Below, piece after piece: positions 8,736-18,249 of a stretch of 50,685 nt of DNA (positions within the stretch are counted from its first letter, which is position 1; each line of letters opens with the position of its first letter). The notes under the pieces are model-generated. The model saw only the letters and a list, made by a program, of their open reading frames with translations. It searched no databases and was not told the origin of the DNA. Position numbers and translations under genes: made by a program. Origin of the DNA: Bdellovibrionota bacterium (GTDB lineage Bacteria > Bdellovibrionota_C > UBA2361 > JBGSMV01); NCBI GenBank assembly GCA_041739995.1, contig JBGSMV010000020.1:1-50685 (forward strand). Direction: 5' to 3'.

Positions 8736-10259
8736 ATGGTGGGCAAAGTGATGAATTTTGGTCGTGCGCTGCCGTATGTGGCGAAGTTGGCCATCATCTC
8801 TGTGGCCTGGGCGTTCGTGTTCGCCGCAGTTTTGACCCCTTCCAAACTCAATAGTCTATTTAACTCTGACTTGCTGCATCCCCAAGCGCTTCTCGACGAC
8901 GTGTTTGAGCGAGGCGGAAGTATTAGCGATTGGACTCTGCCGCCTAACCCGAGCCTGTTTCCCGATGGGCTTATGTTTCTTAGCGCATGGAGCATTTCGC
9001 AGAATTTTCGCTGGAGTTTTCTTTGGTACGTGGCTCTTTCGGTGTTCATTATCCTGTTGGTGCTAGGCCCTCTTGTGCAGGGCGGGAGTAGTGCCGGTCC
9101 CCGCTCCGTATCTGAGAAGTCGCGAACTGGTAAGGACGGCGCACCGTCAATCGCACTATTGTTGTTGATCGCAGGCACTCTGCTTTTCCCGTTACTTTGG
9201 GAGCTTTCACCCCTTAACGCCAGTTCATTTCTTTACATGAGTGTTTTGGTTCTTCCGATTTCGCATGGCAGCGTGTTTGTTCTCGCGATTCTCGCATGGA
9301 TTCTTGTTCGCAAGGCACTTCCCCGCGAAGGTCTCAAAACTGAGCTGATATTGGCCGGTATACTGACCGCGGCCACCGCCTCCGACCGACTAGTTCAGGT
9401 AGTGGTGGGAATGCCGTTGCTGCTTGTCTTGTTGGTGGAATGGCGCTCAGGGAACACTCGAGCACTACGAGTCGGGCTCGTTGTGGTGAGCAGTCTTTTT
9501 GCAGGCGAGGCGCTGTTACGCATTATAAATGAAATGATTCCTTCTGGAATCGTTCCGCCGGCGATCGGCTCGTCTTGGACTGAGCGGGTGTGGTTGTCGG
9601 CGCAGGCACTTGGCCGAGATATCTTTCGAGCCCCTCATATCGCATTTATTACGCTGGGACTGTTTGGCTGGATTGTCCACAAAATGCCTCAACTGAGAAC
9701 ACTTTCGAATCAGGAAATGTTTCTCATGCTGGCGTTCCTCGCTTCCTTGACCGCGCCCGTCCTGACGGGGGTCTATCGTTCCGGCGCGATGAGATATGTA
9801 ACTCCCGGTATCGCCCTAGGGATGTTGTGCGTTCTTCTTGCGAATATCGATACACTTAAAGTGTTTCGAAGCACTTTGTTGGTGGGAACCGTGGGTGTGT
9901 TATCGGTTGCCGTCATGGCGGGGGCGCAGGGAGCTTATTTTTGGTATCGCCCTCAATTAGTCAGATGCCTCGATGGTTCCATTAGTACGCTGGGATCTAG
10001 GGAAGGAGTTGCTGATTTTTGGAACGCAAGTCGAGTTTCCTATTTGAGTACCGAGAGGCTGTCTTTGGTTCCATTAGACAATCGCGGCCGAATCTTTGAT
10101 TTTGCGGTAAATCGTCGACGAGCAAAAATGCAACTTGAGCGCGTGACTTTTGCGGTAATGGATCGCTTGAATCCTAAAGCAATTCGCAGAAAGTTTGGGC
10201 CGCCTGAATCCATTCTTGACTGCTCAGGCGCCAAGGTTTGGATATTTTCAGAGAGCTGA
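8736..10259 (+). CDS. Polytopic membrane protein, possibly a GT-C-type glycosyltransferase or surface-glycan modifier
   Basis: About 11-12 hydrophobic segments. Loop after TM1 FNSDLL...WTLPPNPSLFPD, ASDRL motif, and a C-terminal soluble domain with ADFWNA. Confidence 0.5.
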   Translation: MVGKVMNFGRALPYVAKLAIISVAWAFVFAAVLTPSKLNSLFNSDLLHPQALLDDVFERGGSISDWTLPPNPSLFPDGLMFLSAWSISQNFRWSFLWYVALSVFIILLVLGPLVQGGSSAGPRSVSEKSRTGKDGAPSIALLLLIAGTLLFPLLWELSPLNASSFLYMSVLVLPISHGSVFVLAILAWILVRKALPREGLKTELILAGILTAATASDRLVQVVVGMPLLLVLLVEWRSGNTRALRVGLVVVSSLFAGEALLRIINEMIPSGIVPPAIGSSWTERVWLSAQALGRDIFRAPHIAFITLGLFGWIVHKMPQLRTLSNQEMFLMLAFLASLTAPVLTGVYRSGAMRYVTPGIALGMLCVLLANIDTLKVFRSTLLVGTVGVLSVAVMAGAQGAYFWYRPQLVRCLDGSISTLGSREGVADFWNASRVSYLSTERLSLVPLDNRGRIFDFAVNRRRAKMQLERVTFAVMDRLNPKAIRRKFGPPESILDCSGAKVWIFSES

Positions 10260-10283
10260 TGCAGGGGCATTGCTTAAGCACGC

Positions 10284-11276
10284 TTAATCAGGTGCGATGA
10301 ATTGCTCGATCGGAAATGGCCGCGGATCGTGGACCTTTCTCGCGAGGTCTTCAAGGGCTGCGGCTGCCTCCCTATAGCGTCGTTGCTCGTTTTCGGGGAG
10401 CACGGTGAGGCCTCGGCGCAACTGTTGCGCAGGGTCAGCCCAGTCGGAAGCCCAAACGTCGAAGGGTCCGTTAAGCATTTCACGCGAAACGCAGTATAGG
10501 AGTTCTACCGCTTTCCCTTGTCGCGCACGATCTTCCTTAGTGCCAGAAGAGGCGGTTCTCTCGAAATCAATTCTGGAACAGTAGTCACTAATCCACTCGA
10601 GCGAGCTCTTGCCCAAGCTCTCCACAAGGTACATCACGCGGGCGTCAACTTCTGGATTTCCCGCAGGAGTCTCGTCATTTGACGGACGTTGCGGTCGGCA
10701 CCAAAGACGAACGGCGTCCTCCAGCATAATGCAGTCGAGTTCTTGTTCGAGTTTTTGTCTATGTGGCTCCAATAGTGCGTTGCTTTCGCGACTGCGCACG
10801 AATTGCACGGCATGATCGAGTGCGGCGATGTTTTCGTCGATATCGAACGAAAGGAGTCCTGCGGAGATTTGAAACCTCTCTTCGTCTTCGGGAGCTGCAT
10901 GTAGACCTGATACGTCAAGAGCCGCAACTGCATCATTTACTGATTGGCATTCAATCCTAGTGGAAATCTCTTGCAGAGCTCCGCCAAGGCGTTCTAGAAG
11001 TTCGCGACGGCTGGAGTCAATCGACACAGGACGTTTTGTGTTAGAGTCAAGAAATTTTCCAGATTGAGAGAGAAATCCATCCGAATCCCCCAGCTTAAAA
11101 TAAACTAAGTGTTCGCCGGTTGAAGGCTCTTCAGAATTGAGCATCAGCACCCCTTTGGCGGTAAGGAAGCTCGGCATTCCGAAGTGTTCTTGGTGAGCGT
11201 GATGAGTGAGTGCCTCAGCAGCCTGCTTAGTCATGAGCGAGATGCGGGGAGCGAGGTCGTTTGAGAAGTGCTGCAT
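10284..11276 (-). CDS. Hypothetical protein
   Basis: 330-aa ORF with protein-like composition; no motif recognised. Confidence 0.6.
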   Translation of the reverse strand: MQHFSNDLAPRISLMTKQAAEALTHHAHQEHFGMPSFLTAKGVLMLNSEEPSTGEHLVYFKLGDSDGFLSQSGKFLDSNTKRPVSIDSSRRELLERLGGALQEISTRIECQSVNDAVAALDVSGLHAAPEDEERFQISAGLLSFDIDENIAALDHAVQFVRSRESNALLEPHRQKLEQELDCIMLEDAVRLWCRPQRPSNDETPAGNPEVDARVMYLVESLGKSSLEWISDYCSRIDFERTASSGTKEDRARQGKAVELLYCVSREMLNGPFDVWASDWADPAQQLRRGLTVLPENEQRRYREAAAALEDLARKVHDPRPFPIEQFIAPD

Positions 11277-11484
11277 GGGCTTGGGTTTCGTCTACTCACT
11301 TATCGGGGCCGCGGGGCACCCTTGTCCACTGATCCTGCGGAAAGCAGGAGGTGCTTCAGTAAACCTCGTTACTACGTAAAAGCATCATTATTACAAATAG
11401 TTAGTCGTCTTGTAGGGGTGTTCCCAGGCTAAGCCAATTAGTCAACTACGCGGCAAGGGCGAGAAATTGAAGGGGGGGGCTGGA

Positions 11485-12561
11485 TCACTGAGCAATGCAC
11501 AGAGTGCGCAGTCCGTTCATGTCTTCAAGGATTTTGCCTACACCACGAACGACGCAACTCAGTGGATCGTGAGCGCGATGAAACCTTATACCAGTCTCTC
11601 GTTCAAGGCGCAGAGAAAGGCCTTTGAGAAGTGAGCCGCCGCCAGCTAGATAAATTCCCCTTGCGGCAATGTCGTGCGCAATTTCTGGTCCGGTTTGCTC
11701 TAGCGCGGTTGAAATGGAGGCAACGATAGCAGAAATAGGATCTTCAAGTGAGCCACGGATGAACTCATCGGAGATTTCAATTTGGCGCGGTCGGCCTGTG
11801 GCCAAGTCTCGTCCGAAGGCACTGACTGATCGTGGTTGTCCAAAAGGGACAGCGGATCCCGCTAAAAGTTTAATTCGCTCGGCCTCAAAAATTCCAATAA
11901 GGACACCAAAGCTACGTTGTACTGCTCGCTGAATCGCCTCGTCCATTTCGTCGCCGGCAACTCGTATCGAATGCGAATAAATAGTGGAATTCATACAAAT
12001 GACGGCCACGTCGGTAGTGCCGCCACCTACATCAACAACTACGTTACCGACTGCTTTATTGATGGGAAGCTCCAATCCGAGGGCTGCCGCCATGGGCTCT
12101 TCTACTAGCAGCACTTTACCACAGCCTGACGCCAGAGCGGCGTCGATAACTGCGCGCTTTTCAACCTGGGTGATCTCCGGAGGGACTCCAATCACAATGC
12201 GGGGGCGTCGAAGCGCCCAGCCGGAATAGACCCGCGCAAGCATGTGCTTGATCATGACGGTGCTAATCGCGAAGTCAGCGATGACACCATCTTTCATAGG
12301 TCGTACGCAGCGAATTGCCTGAGAGGTTTTACCAAACATTCGTTTAGCTTCGGACCCCACCGCCAGAGGAGTTCCAGAAGCTTCTTCGATAGCGACCATC
12401 GAAGGTTCGTTTACCACGATGCCAAAGCCACTGAGGTAGATGAGAGTGTTCGCGGTCCCAAGATCCATAGCGAGATCTGCTGGCGCGAGCATTGAGCGCA
12501 CTCTCGAGAGAAACGAGTTGTGCCGAACAAGTGCGGGGAGGTTAGCTACGGCTGTTGCCAT
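11485..12561 (-). CDS. mreB: Rod shape-determining actin-like protein MreB (paralog without adjacent mreC/mreD)
   Basis: DLGTANT, VVNEPS, PMKDGVIADF, EEPMAAA, DVGGGTT, AGDEMD, LAGGGSLL. Confidence 0.93.
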   Translation of the reverse strand: MATAVANLPALVRHNSFLSRVRSMLAPADLAMDLGTANTLIYLSGFGIVVNEPSMVAIEEASGTPLAVGSEAKRMFGKTSQAIRCVRPMKDGVIADFAISTVMIKHMLARVYSGWALRRPRIVIGVPPEITQVEKRAVIDAALASGCGKVLLVEEPMAAALGLELPINKAVGNVVVDVGGGTTDVAVICMNSTIYSHSIRVAGDEMDEAIQRAVQRSFGVLIGIFEAERIKLLAGSAVPFGQPRSVSAFGRDLATGRPRQIEISDEFIRGSLEDPISAIVASISTALEQTGPEIAHDIAARGIYLAGGGSLLKGLSLRLERETGIRFHRAHDPLSCVVRGVGKILEDMNGLRTLCIAQ

Positions 12562-13954
12562 ATCCTACTGCTTTCTCCAAGCGAACGATGCCGCCACGTG
12601 GTTGTTGATGTGAGGAGCTGCCCAGTGGGGCCCCACTCTGCGGGGCGAGAGTAAGAGTCCCCGCTTGCCGAGGCGCTTCTCGCTCTGTGTCTTCGATACT
12701 GGTCATTTGCACTAGCTCTTCGATGGTCAGGTCCTTGCGGCGCTTGTCACGAGAGGACGCGCGAATGAAGTCAAATTGCAGAGATTCAGCATGAGGACTC
12801 TGCCTGGTCTGGTTGTGAGTGTTCACTGCCTTAATTCTACTCTCGTAAAAAGAGGTCATCATGTTGTCGAGCACAATCAGAACGTCGCCGTTAATGAGGC
12901 GCACTGAAGGGAAATGTGGAGGCAGAATCTGACGAATTATGCGGTGGAGCTGCTCGCTGGCAGTGAGCGCCGCGCTAGTGCCATTTCGCCGTTCAAGTGC
13001 CCGAAAGTTTGTAGTGACAATGCGAACTACTTCTATCGAGGACATGCGAACTGATCGTGCTAGCTCCGAAGCTCGACGAAGAAATAAGTGCCACGCGACA
13101 TCGGGGTGTGCTCGTCCTTGCTGTTCAACCAGCAGCTCGACGGTTTCGGCAATCTCGCGCGAAAGGTCCTCAAGCAATTTGCCTTGAAGTTTTGAAAAAG
13201 CGAACGACTTCTTGCTGTCACAGGCAAGTACGCCAGTCAGCTGTCCCGAAGCGACTCCTGCGGCCCCTAACATTTCGTAGGGATCTTGTAGGAGAATCGG
13301 GATTCCGATGAAGCTCTTTAGTTGTTGATCGGCCGAGTAGATTCCTAGGGTGCGGCTGTCTAGCTCAAATGGCGACACATGAATGGAGCGACGGTGAGAG
13401 GCTACCCAGCCAATCAGGCCGCTATCGGCTGAAACCACGCAATGTGGAAGAATCTCTGGACTCAGCGAGTGGAATCCGGCGAGTACCATTTGGTTCATTC
13501 CACCAGGAGGTACGATTCCTGGGTCCAGCGCGCTTACGAGCGCACCATGAAAAAAGAGAAAGCAAGAATGCGCATCGGCAAGGTTCGCTCCAAAGCGCGC
13601 CAAGCGGCACAAAGTCGTATAGCCACGCAAAGATCCGCCTTCTGAGGAGACCTCTCGCATGCCTTGAGCGTTTGGTGATTGGTGCCCGGAGATCATGCTT
13701 CTAGAAGGTGTAGCGCCTCTGGCGGCCACTGAGTCAGCGGTAAAAACCTGAGATCCGCTAGAATCATGCAGGTTTGCATCAAGCGGCGAATAGCGTCCGT
13801 AAACATTCTGAGTGTCGTGCGACGAAGACGAGTCGCCCATGATTTCGTCATGGCGTTCCCAGTGGTGATGCCCCTCTGGGGCACGCGTGTCGGGTTGGTC
13901 CCGAAGTAGCGGGATAAAACGGCGCCAGCCAGATGACATAAAAGAGCTCCTCAT
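12542..13954 (-). CDS. GAF-domain protein with a degenerate GGDEF-like C-terminal domain (start uncertain)
   Basis: GLIGWVA...LKSFIGIPI...GVLACDSKKSFAFS (GAF); RLINGDVLIVL occupies the GGDEF position; overlaps mreB by 20 nt. Confidence 0.7.
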   Translation of the reverse strand: MRSSFMSSGWRRFIPLLRDQPDTRAPEGHHHWERHDEIMGDSSSSHDTQNVYGRYSPLDANLHDSSGSQVFTADSVAARGATPSRSMISGHQSPNAQGMREVSSEGGSLRGYTTLCRLARFGANLADAHSCFLFFHGALVSALDPGIVPPGGMNQMVLAGFHSLSPEILPHCVVSADSGLIGWVASHRRSIHVSPFELDSRTLGIYSADQQLKSFIGIPILLQDPYEMLGAAGVASGQLTGVLACDSKKSFAFSKLQGKLLEDLSREIAETVELLVEQQGRAHPDVAWHLFLRRASELARSVRMSSIEVVRIVTTNFRALERRNGTSAALTASEQLHRIIRQILPPHFPSVRLINGDVLIVLDNMMTSFYESRIKAVNTHNQTRQSPHAESLQFDFIRASSRDKRRKDLTIEELVQMTSIEDTEREAPRQAGTLTLAPQSGAPLGSSSHQQPRGGIVRLEKAVGYGNSRS

Positions 13955-14316
13955 GGGAACAAGAACTTAGCCAGGTGGGCAAAACGTATCCGTTCACAAA
14001 ATGCAGTCGTCCGGGATCGGGGGATGACCACGGAATTGCCACCACTCAAGTATTTTTCAGCCCAATAATTACCTAACACCACCAGTTAAAGTTACCCGGT
14101 GAACGGATATGGCAAAACAGCAGCTCAGAGAAAAAGCTAACAGAGTGAGGTAGTTCCAGCAATTCAATTTCTTCGAGGGTCAATCCGCGTTCTTCAAAAA
14201 GTTCTCGTCACGCGGGGCGTCAATCCGCTCGGGTGTTCGTTTCGATATGAACGATGCCAGGACAGAGCCCGTCGCATAAAGCGAGTGGGTACTTCACCTG
14301 ATGATCTATGCGGACT

Positions 14317-15963
14317 TTAGGCCCCAGACGGCGAATCTGGCGACTTTCCCTCGCTATGAGGCGGCTCTATCGCTAGATCACTTGGAGTCGACGCAACTTC
14401 GACGATCTGCTTAGCTTTCACCGCAGGTGCTGCCTCTGGAGCGACGCGCTTTGGAGCGGTTGTTCCTGCTTGCGGCCGTGTTGCTTCGATCTCCAAATCG
14501 TACTCATCAATGCTCAAGCGTCCGTCGGCGAGGACAAACACCCGTACGTGATGGTTAGTTTCGAGGGCAACCAACTCGCTTTTCTTGTTATTCAACAAGA
14601 ACATGGCAGCAGTGGGGGACATGCGCGCCTTTACCAGTGCAAGGTGCCCGGCGGATACGGCAGTCTGAATTTTTCTCAATACTTCCAGTGCGACAAGTTC
14701 TGGGTTTCGAATAGTTCCTACCCCTTGGCAGTGCGAGCATTTGAGGTGGCTCTGGCTTGAGAGCGAGGCTCGTAAGCGTTGACGAGACATTTCAAGCAGT
14801 CCAAAGCGTGACAGGCGTCCTACTTCGATTCTTGCTTTGTCGCCCTTCACCGCATCACGCATTTTTCGCTCGATAGCGGCTTTGTGTCGACGGTCCATCA
14901 TGTCGATAAAATCGACGACAATAAGACCTCCTAAGTCGCGCAGACGAAGTTGCCGAGAGATTTCATCGGCGGCTTCTAAATTAGTCCGATACGCAGTTTC
15001 CTCGATGTTATCTCCTCCGGTGGATTTCCCGGAGTTCACATCAATCGCTACCAATGCTTCGAGGGTATCAACCACCAGAGCTCCCCCCGAGGGCAGTTTT
15101 ACTTCTCGGCGCATGGTGCTGAGCACCTGCTCTTCGATACTAAACGCTGCAAAGAGTGGGCGCTCTTCTTCGTAGCGCTTCACACGCGAACGGTAACGCG
15201 GCATCACCTCGCCCACAAACTGTTTCACTTGTTCAAAGGTTTCGGGGTTATCGATTAGAATCTCGCGCACATCTGGGGTGAAGTAATCGCGGATAACTCG
15301 CTTTGAAAGGTCACTCTCCTCATAGAGGCAAGTCGGGGAGGGGGCCTGTTGTGCATCACGAACTACTCCTTCCCACACCTTGAGTTGGAGTGAAACGTCA
15401 CGAGACAGTTCGCTCAAGGAGCGATCAAGCCCCGCGGTGCGAATAATCATGCCGATACCAATCGGCATTTCGAGCTCTTCCGCTAAGCTACGAAGGCGTT
15501 TCCGCTGTTCGGCGTCGCTTATCTTTCTAGAGATTCCTCCGCGGTCACTTCCTGGCATGAGCACCACATAGCGTCCGGGGAGTGATAGGAACGTGGTCAG
15601 CGTAGCGCCCTTCATCTCGCGCTCTTCTTTGACCACTTGCACGATGATTTCTTGGCCTGCTTCTAGCGCATCCTGAATTCTTGGGCGTCCTGAGGGAGGC
15701 GTTCCATTGCGGCCTCTCGCCAAGCGAAAGTAGGACGGATGCACATCGTTGACCTGTAAGAAGCCGTTTCGAGAGGTGCCGATATCGATGAATGCGGCTT
15801 GAAGGCTTGGTTCTATTCTCGAGATGCGGGCTTTATAAATGTTACCCTTGAGCTTTTTTCCGGTCTCGGACTCAATCTCAAGCTCAACGAGTTGGCCGTC
15901 CTCGACGATGGCGATACGACACTCTTCCGAATGAGTGGCGTTGATAAGCATGCGGCGATCCAT
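14317..15963 (-). CDS. rne: Ribonuclease E/G family (RNase E-like N-terminus, short tail)
   Basis: RMLINAT, GNIYKARISRIEPSLQAAF, AIDVNSG, LRLRDLGGLIVVDFIDM, SRFGLLEMSRQR, CSHCQG Zn-link. Confidence 0.93.
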   Translation of the reverse strand: MDRRMLINATHSEECRIAIVEDGQLVELEIESETGKKLKGNIYKARISRIEPSLQAAFIDIGTSRNGFLQVNDVHPSYFRLARGRNGTPPSGRPRIQDALEAGQEIIVQVVKEEREMKGATLTTFLSLPGRYVVLMPGSDRGGISRKISDAEQRKRLRSLAEELEMPIGIGMIIRTAGLDRSLSELSRDVSLQLKVWEGVVRDAQQAPSPTCLYEESDLSKRVIRDYFTPDVREILIDNPETFEQVKQFVGEVMPRYRSRVKRYEEERPLFAAFSIEEQVLSTMRREVKLPSGGALVVDTLEALVAIDVNSGKSTGGDNIEETAYRTNLEAADEISRQLRLRDLGGLIVVDFIDMMDRRHKAAIERKMRDAVKGDKARIEVGRLSRFGLLEMSRQRLRASLSSQSHLKCSHCQGVGTIRNPELVALEVLRKIQTAVSAGHLALVKARMSPTAAMFLLNNKKSELVALETNHHVRVFVLADGRLSIDEYDLEIEATRPQAGTTAPKRVAPEAAPAVKAKQIVEVASTPSDLAIEPPHSEGKSPDSPSGA

Positions 15964-16820
15964 AAATCTTCTCCGATCTTTGGTGCCGCGTACTTGAGTG
16001 TCCTAAGCCCGATATTAAAGAAAAACAACTCAAGACTCGATTCTGATCATTTCCACCGACCTGGCCGAAGTCACGGATGGCGCTCACAGCAGAGCTGCGT
16101 TCGCATTCAACCGCTACGTTGGTTCGGGTGGGTGAAGAAACATAAGCCCGGCTCACAAGCGAGCGGGAAGATGATCGTCTTGGTGATGCAGCTTCAGTGG
16201 CTTCACCAAGTGACCAAGATTGAGCGACGAGAAAACTCATACGGTGTTCTCTCAACTGCCCCAATTTCGCATCGAAAACAGATGCACTCATGTCAGACCA
16301 ATTCTATTTCCACCTCGTCCGCTGCTATTCACTGGGCGTAATTTCTGCTCTACAGAAACGGGCCTCGTCGTGTGCTCGGACCGAGAAGTGTCTTGAGAAA
16401 GTTCAACTAAACATCGCGCCAAAGACTCCTCGTACGCGGCTTCAACATTTTCCGAGGCTCGTAATCAACCAAACCAAATGAAACTAAGTGGCTTAAGCTA
16501 ATACGAGTTTCAACTCGGGGTAATAAAAGCTGTGTAGAAAAATCATTCAGGTCAGCAATCTACCGACCATTCCTATGAGGTCTAGCCTAACACCCACCCG
16601 AGCTCTTGCTCCAGTCTAACCTTATTAGGCCAAACGGCGTTTGCCTAATAGGCGTAAATAGGTGAGTTCATAGGTACATTCTTGTGATTCCAGAGCGAGC
16701 GCTTCAGATTCATTCTTAGAACAAGGGGCGATATGGAGAATTTTGGACGCTTTCTGAGCTGTTGGATTTCTCTGATGCTGCCGATACTGCCCCTAGGGGC
16801 TTGCCTTGCCACAAGGGGGA

Positions 16821-16963
16821 GGAGCGTGCTGAGTTAAAAGTTCGATGAATAATTCTCACCGTGCTCGCTGGTCTCTTTGTGAATATATTTAATGAATTAC
16901 ACAACGAGCCCAGCGAGAACGGCGAGAAGGACCCTTAAATGAACTTCTAATCCAGGACAGTGG
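16821..16963 (+). mobile_element. MITE-like element, family B copy 1 (IS630-like ends, decayed)
   Basis: Shares the core gttcgatgaa...ctcgctg...tctttgtgaa...aatgaattacacaacgag...cggcgaga...atgaa(c/t)ttctaa with 25326-25455 and, in reverse, with 31057-31217. Confidence 0.75.
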
Positions 16964-17047
16964 CTATCCAGAGGACGAGGTCCTTCGCCATTAGTGCCTC
17001 GCAGTGTTTTTGCTGCTCAACGGTCAGGATTTTTTGGAATTTTACTT

Positions 17048-17380
17048 ATGCGGCTTCGATTGCTGAATGGACCATCTGAGGGGAAGGTTTTCGCCCTATC
17101 GCCAGGAAGTAACTTGATTGGCCGTTGGGACTCCGACGGAGGCGCATTTCCTGAAATCGATCTTGAGCAAGAGGATGTAGAAGCGAAGATCTCACGCAAA
17201 CATGCGGTGATATACGTCCAAGGGGACTCCGTTACCATCGAGGATGTGGGAAGTTTAAACGGCACATTCGTGAACAAAGTCACAAAGAGCGTTGCAGGAA
17301 AGAAGATACCGCTCTCTGTTGGCGATGAAGTGAACATTGGAGCGTTGGTATTCAAGTTTGAACTTGAAACGAGTTCCTAA
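17048..17380 (+). CDS. Single FHA-domain protein
   Basis: LIGRWD, ISRKHA, EDVGSLNGTFVN: the canonical pThr-binding residues are present. Confidence 0.9.
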   Translation: MRLRLLNGPSEGKVFALSPGSNLIGRWDSDGGAFPEIDLEQEDVEAKISRKHAVIYVQGDSVTIEDVGSLNGTFVNKVTKSVAGKKIPLSVGDEVNIGALVFKFELETSS

Positions 17381-17502
17381 GAGTCTGTGACACAGGCACA
17401 GACAACGCGTAATTCCAAATAAATCTCCCTCAGAAGTCAAAGTATATAAGCGGCAGAGGCTCGAGTACTCGACAAGGTCTAAGGTGTGAACTGAATCGCC
17501 GA

Positions 17503-17862
17503 CTAGGTCAGTAGATCTTCAATGTGTTTTACCAGAACTGCTGGCTTGCAAGGCTTGGTGAGTACCAAATTACAGCCTGCGTCGGTAGCTTCCTTGTGAA
17601 CTTCTGGATCATCGAGCGCCGTGAAGGCTACCACGGGAACGGTGATACCCTTGGCGCGGATGTGTCGCACGGTTTCTTGCCCGTTCATTTTGGGCATCAT
17701 CAGGTCTACTAGCACTGCATCAGGTTTCTCTTCTTCGATGCATTCGAGAGCCGAAAGACCGTCCGCGCGGCGCACCACTTCGAAGCCTTTGTCTTCAAAG
17801 AGGAAATCTACAATGTCGAGTGCGGTAACATCATCGTCGATAATGAGAATTTTCCTGGACAC
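17503..17862 (-). CDS. Single-domain response regulator (CheY-like receiver)
   Basis: ILIIDDD, VDLMMPKMNG (phospho-Asp), FTA, LTKP; GGAGG RBS before GTG. Confidence 0.93.
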   Translation of the reverse strand: MSRKILIIDDDVTALDIVDFLFEDKGFEVVRRADGLSALECIEEEKPDAVLVDLMMPKMNGQETVRHIRAKGITVPVVAFTALDDPEVHKEATDAGCNLVLTKPCKPAVLVKHIEDLLT

Positions 17863-18249
17863 GAATCCTCCTGTGTCGCGCGTGTGCGCTATTGCCCTTA
17901 TGTAACGTATCAGGGGCTATTACCCCTATACCTTACGATATTTGGCCCATTTCTAGAGATAGAACTTCTTTAGGTTTGATGCGAGGTCTTCAGAGCGGAT
18001 GCGAGAGCTTATGAAACACCGTTTCCAGACCAAGTCGTGCCTGCATTTAAATTGATGGAACTGTTCTATATCTTTTGATTCTAAACCTATGGCTACTCAT
18101 AGTTTGGGTTTTTTGCTTTTAGGCTTCGGTAGCCTGCGTTCACCTGTGCTCATGCTCATCGTCCTTGCATGAAGGCGAGATGAGGTTAGGAGCAGTTTAG
18201 CATGGGCGGCGAGTTCTCATAAAAGGTTTCTGTTCCACGATGGGTCGAC

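Noticed and set aside
15799..16481. ORFs of 180, 135 and 63 aa upstream of or overlapping rne
   Set aside because: They overlap rne or each other, have no motifs, and have atypical composition.
16716..16904. 62-aa ORF similar to the end of the 30825 ORF
   Set aside because: The similarity is due to MITE family B DNA, not a protein family.
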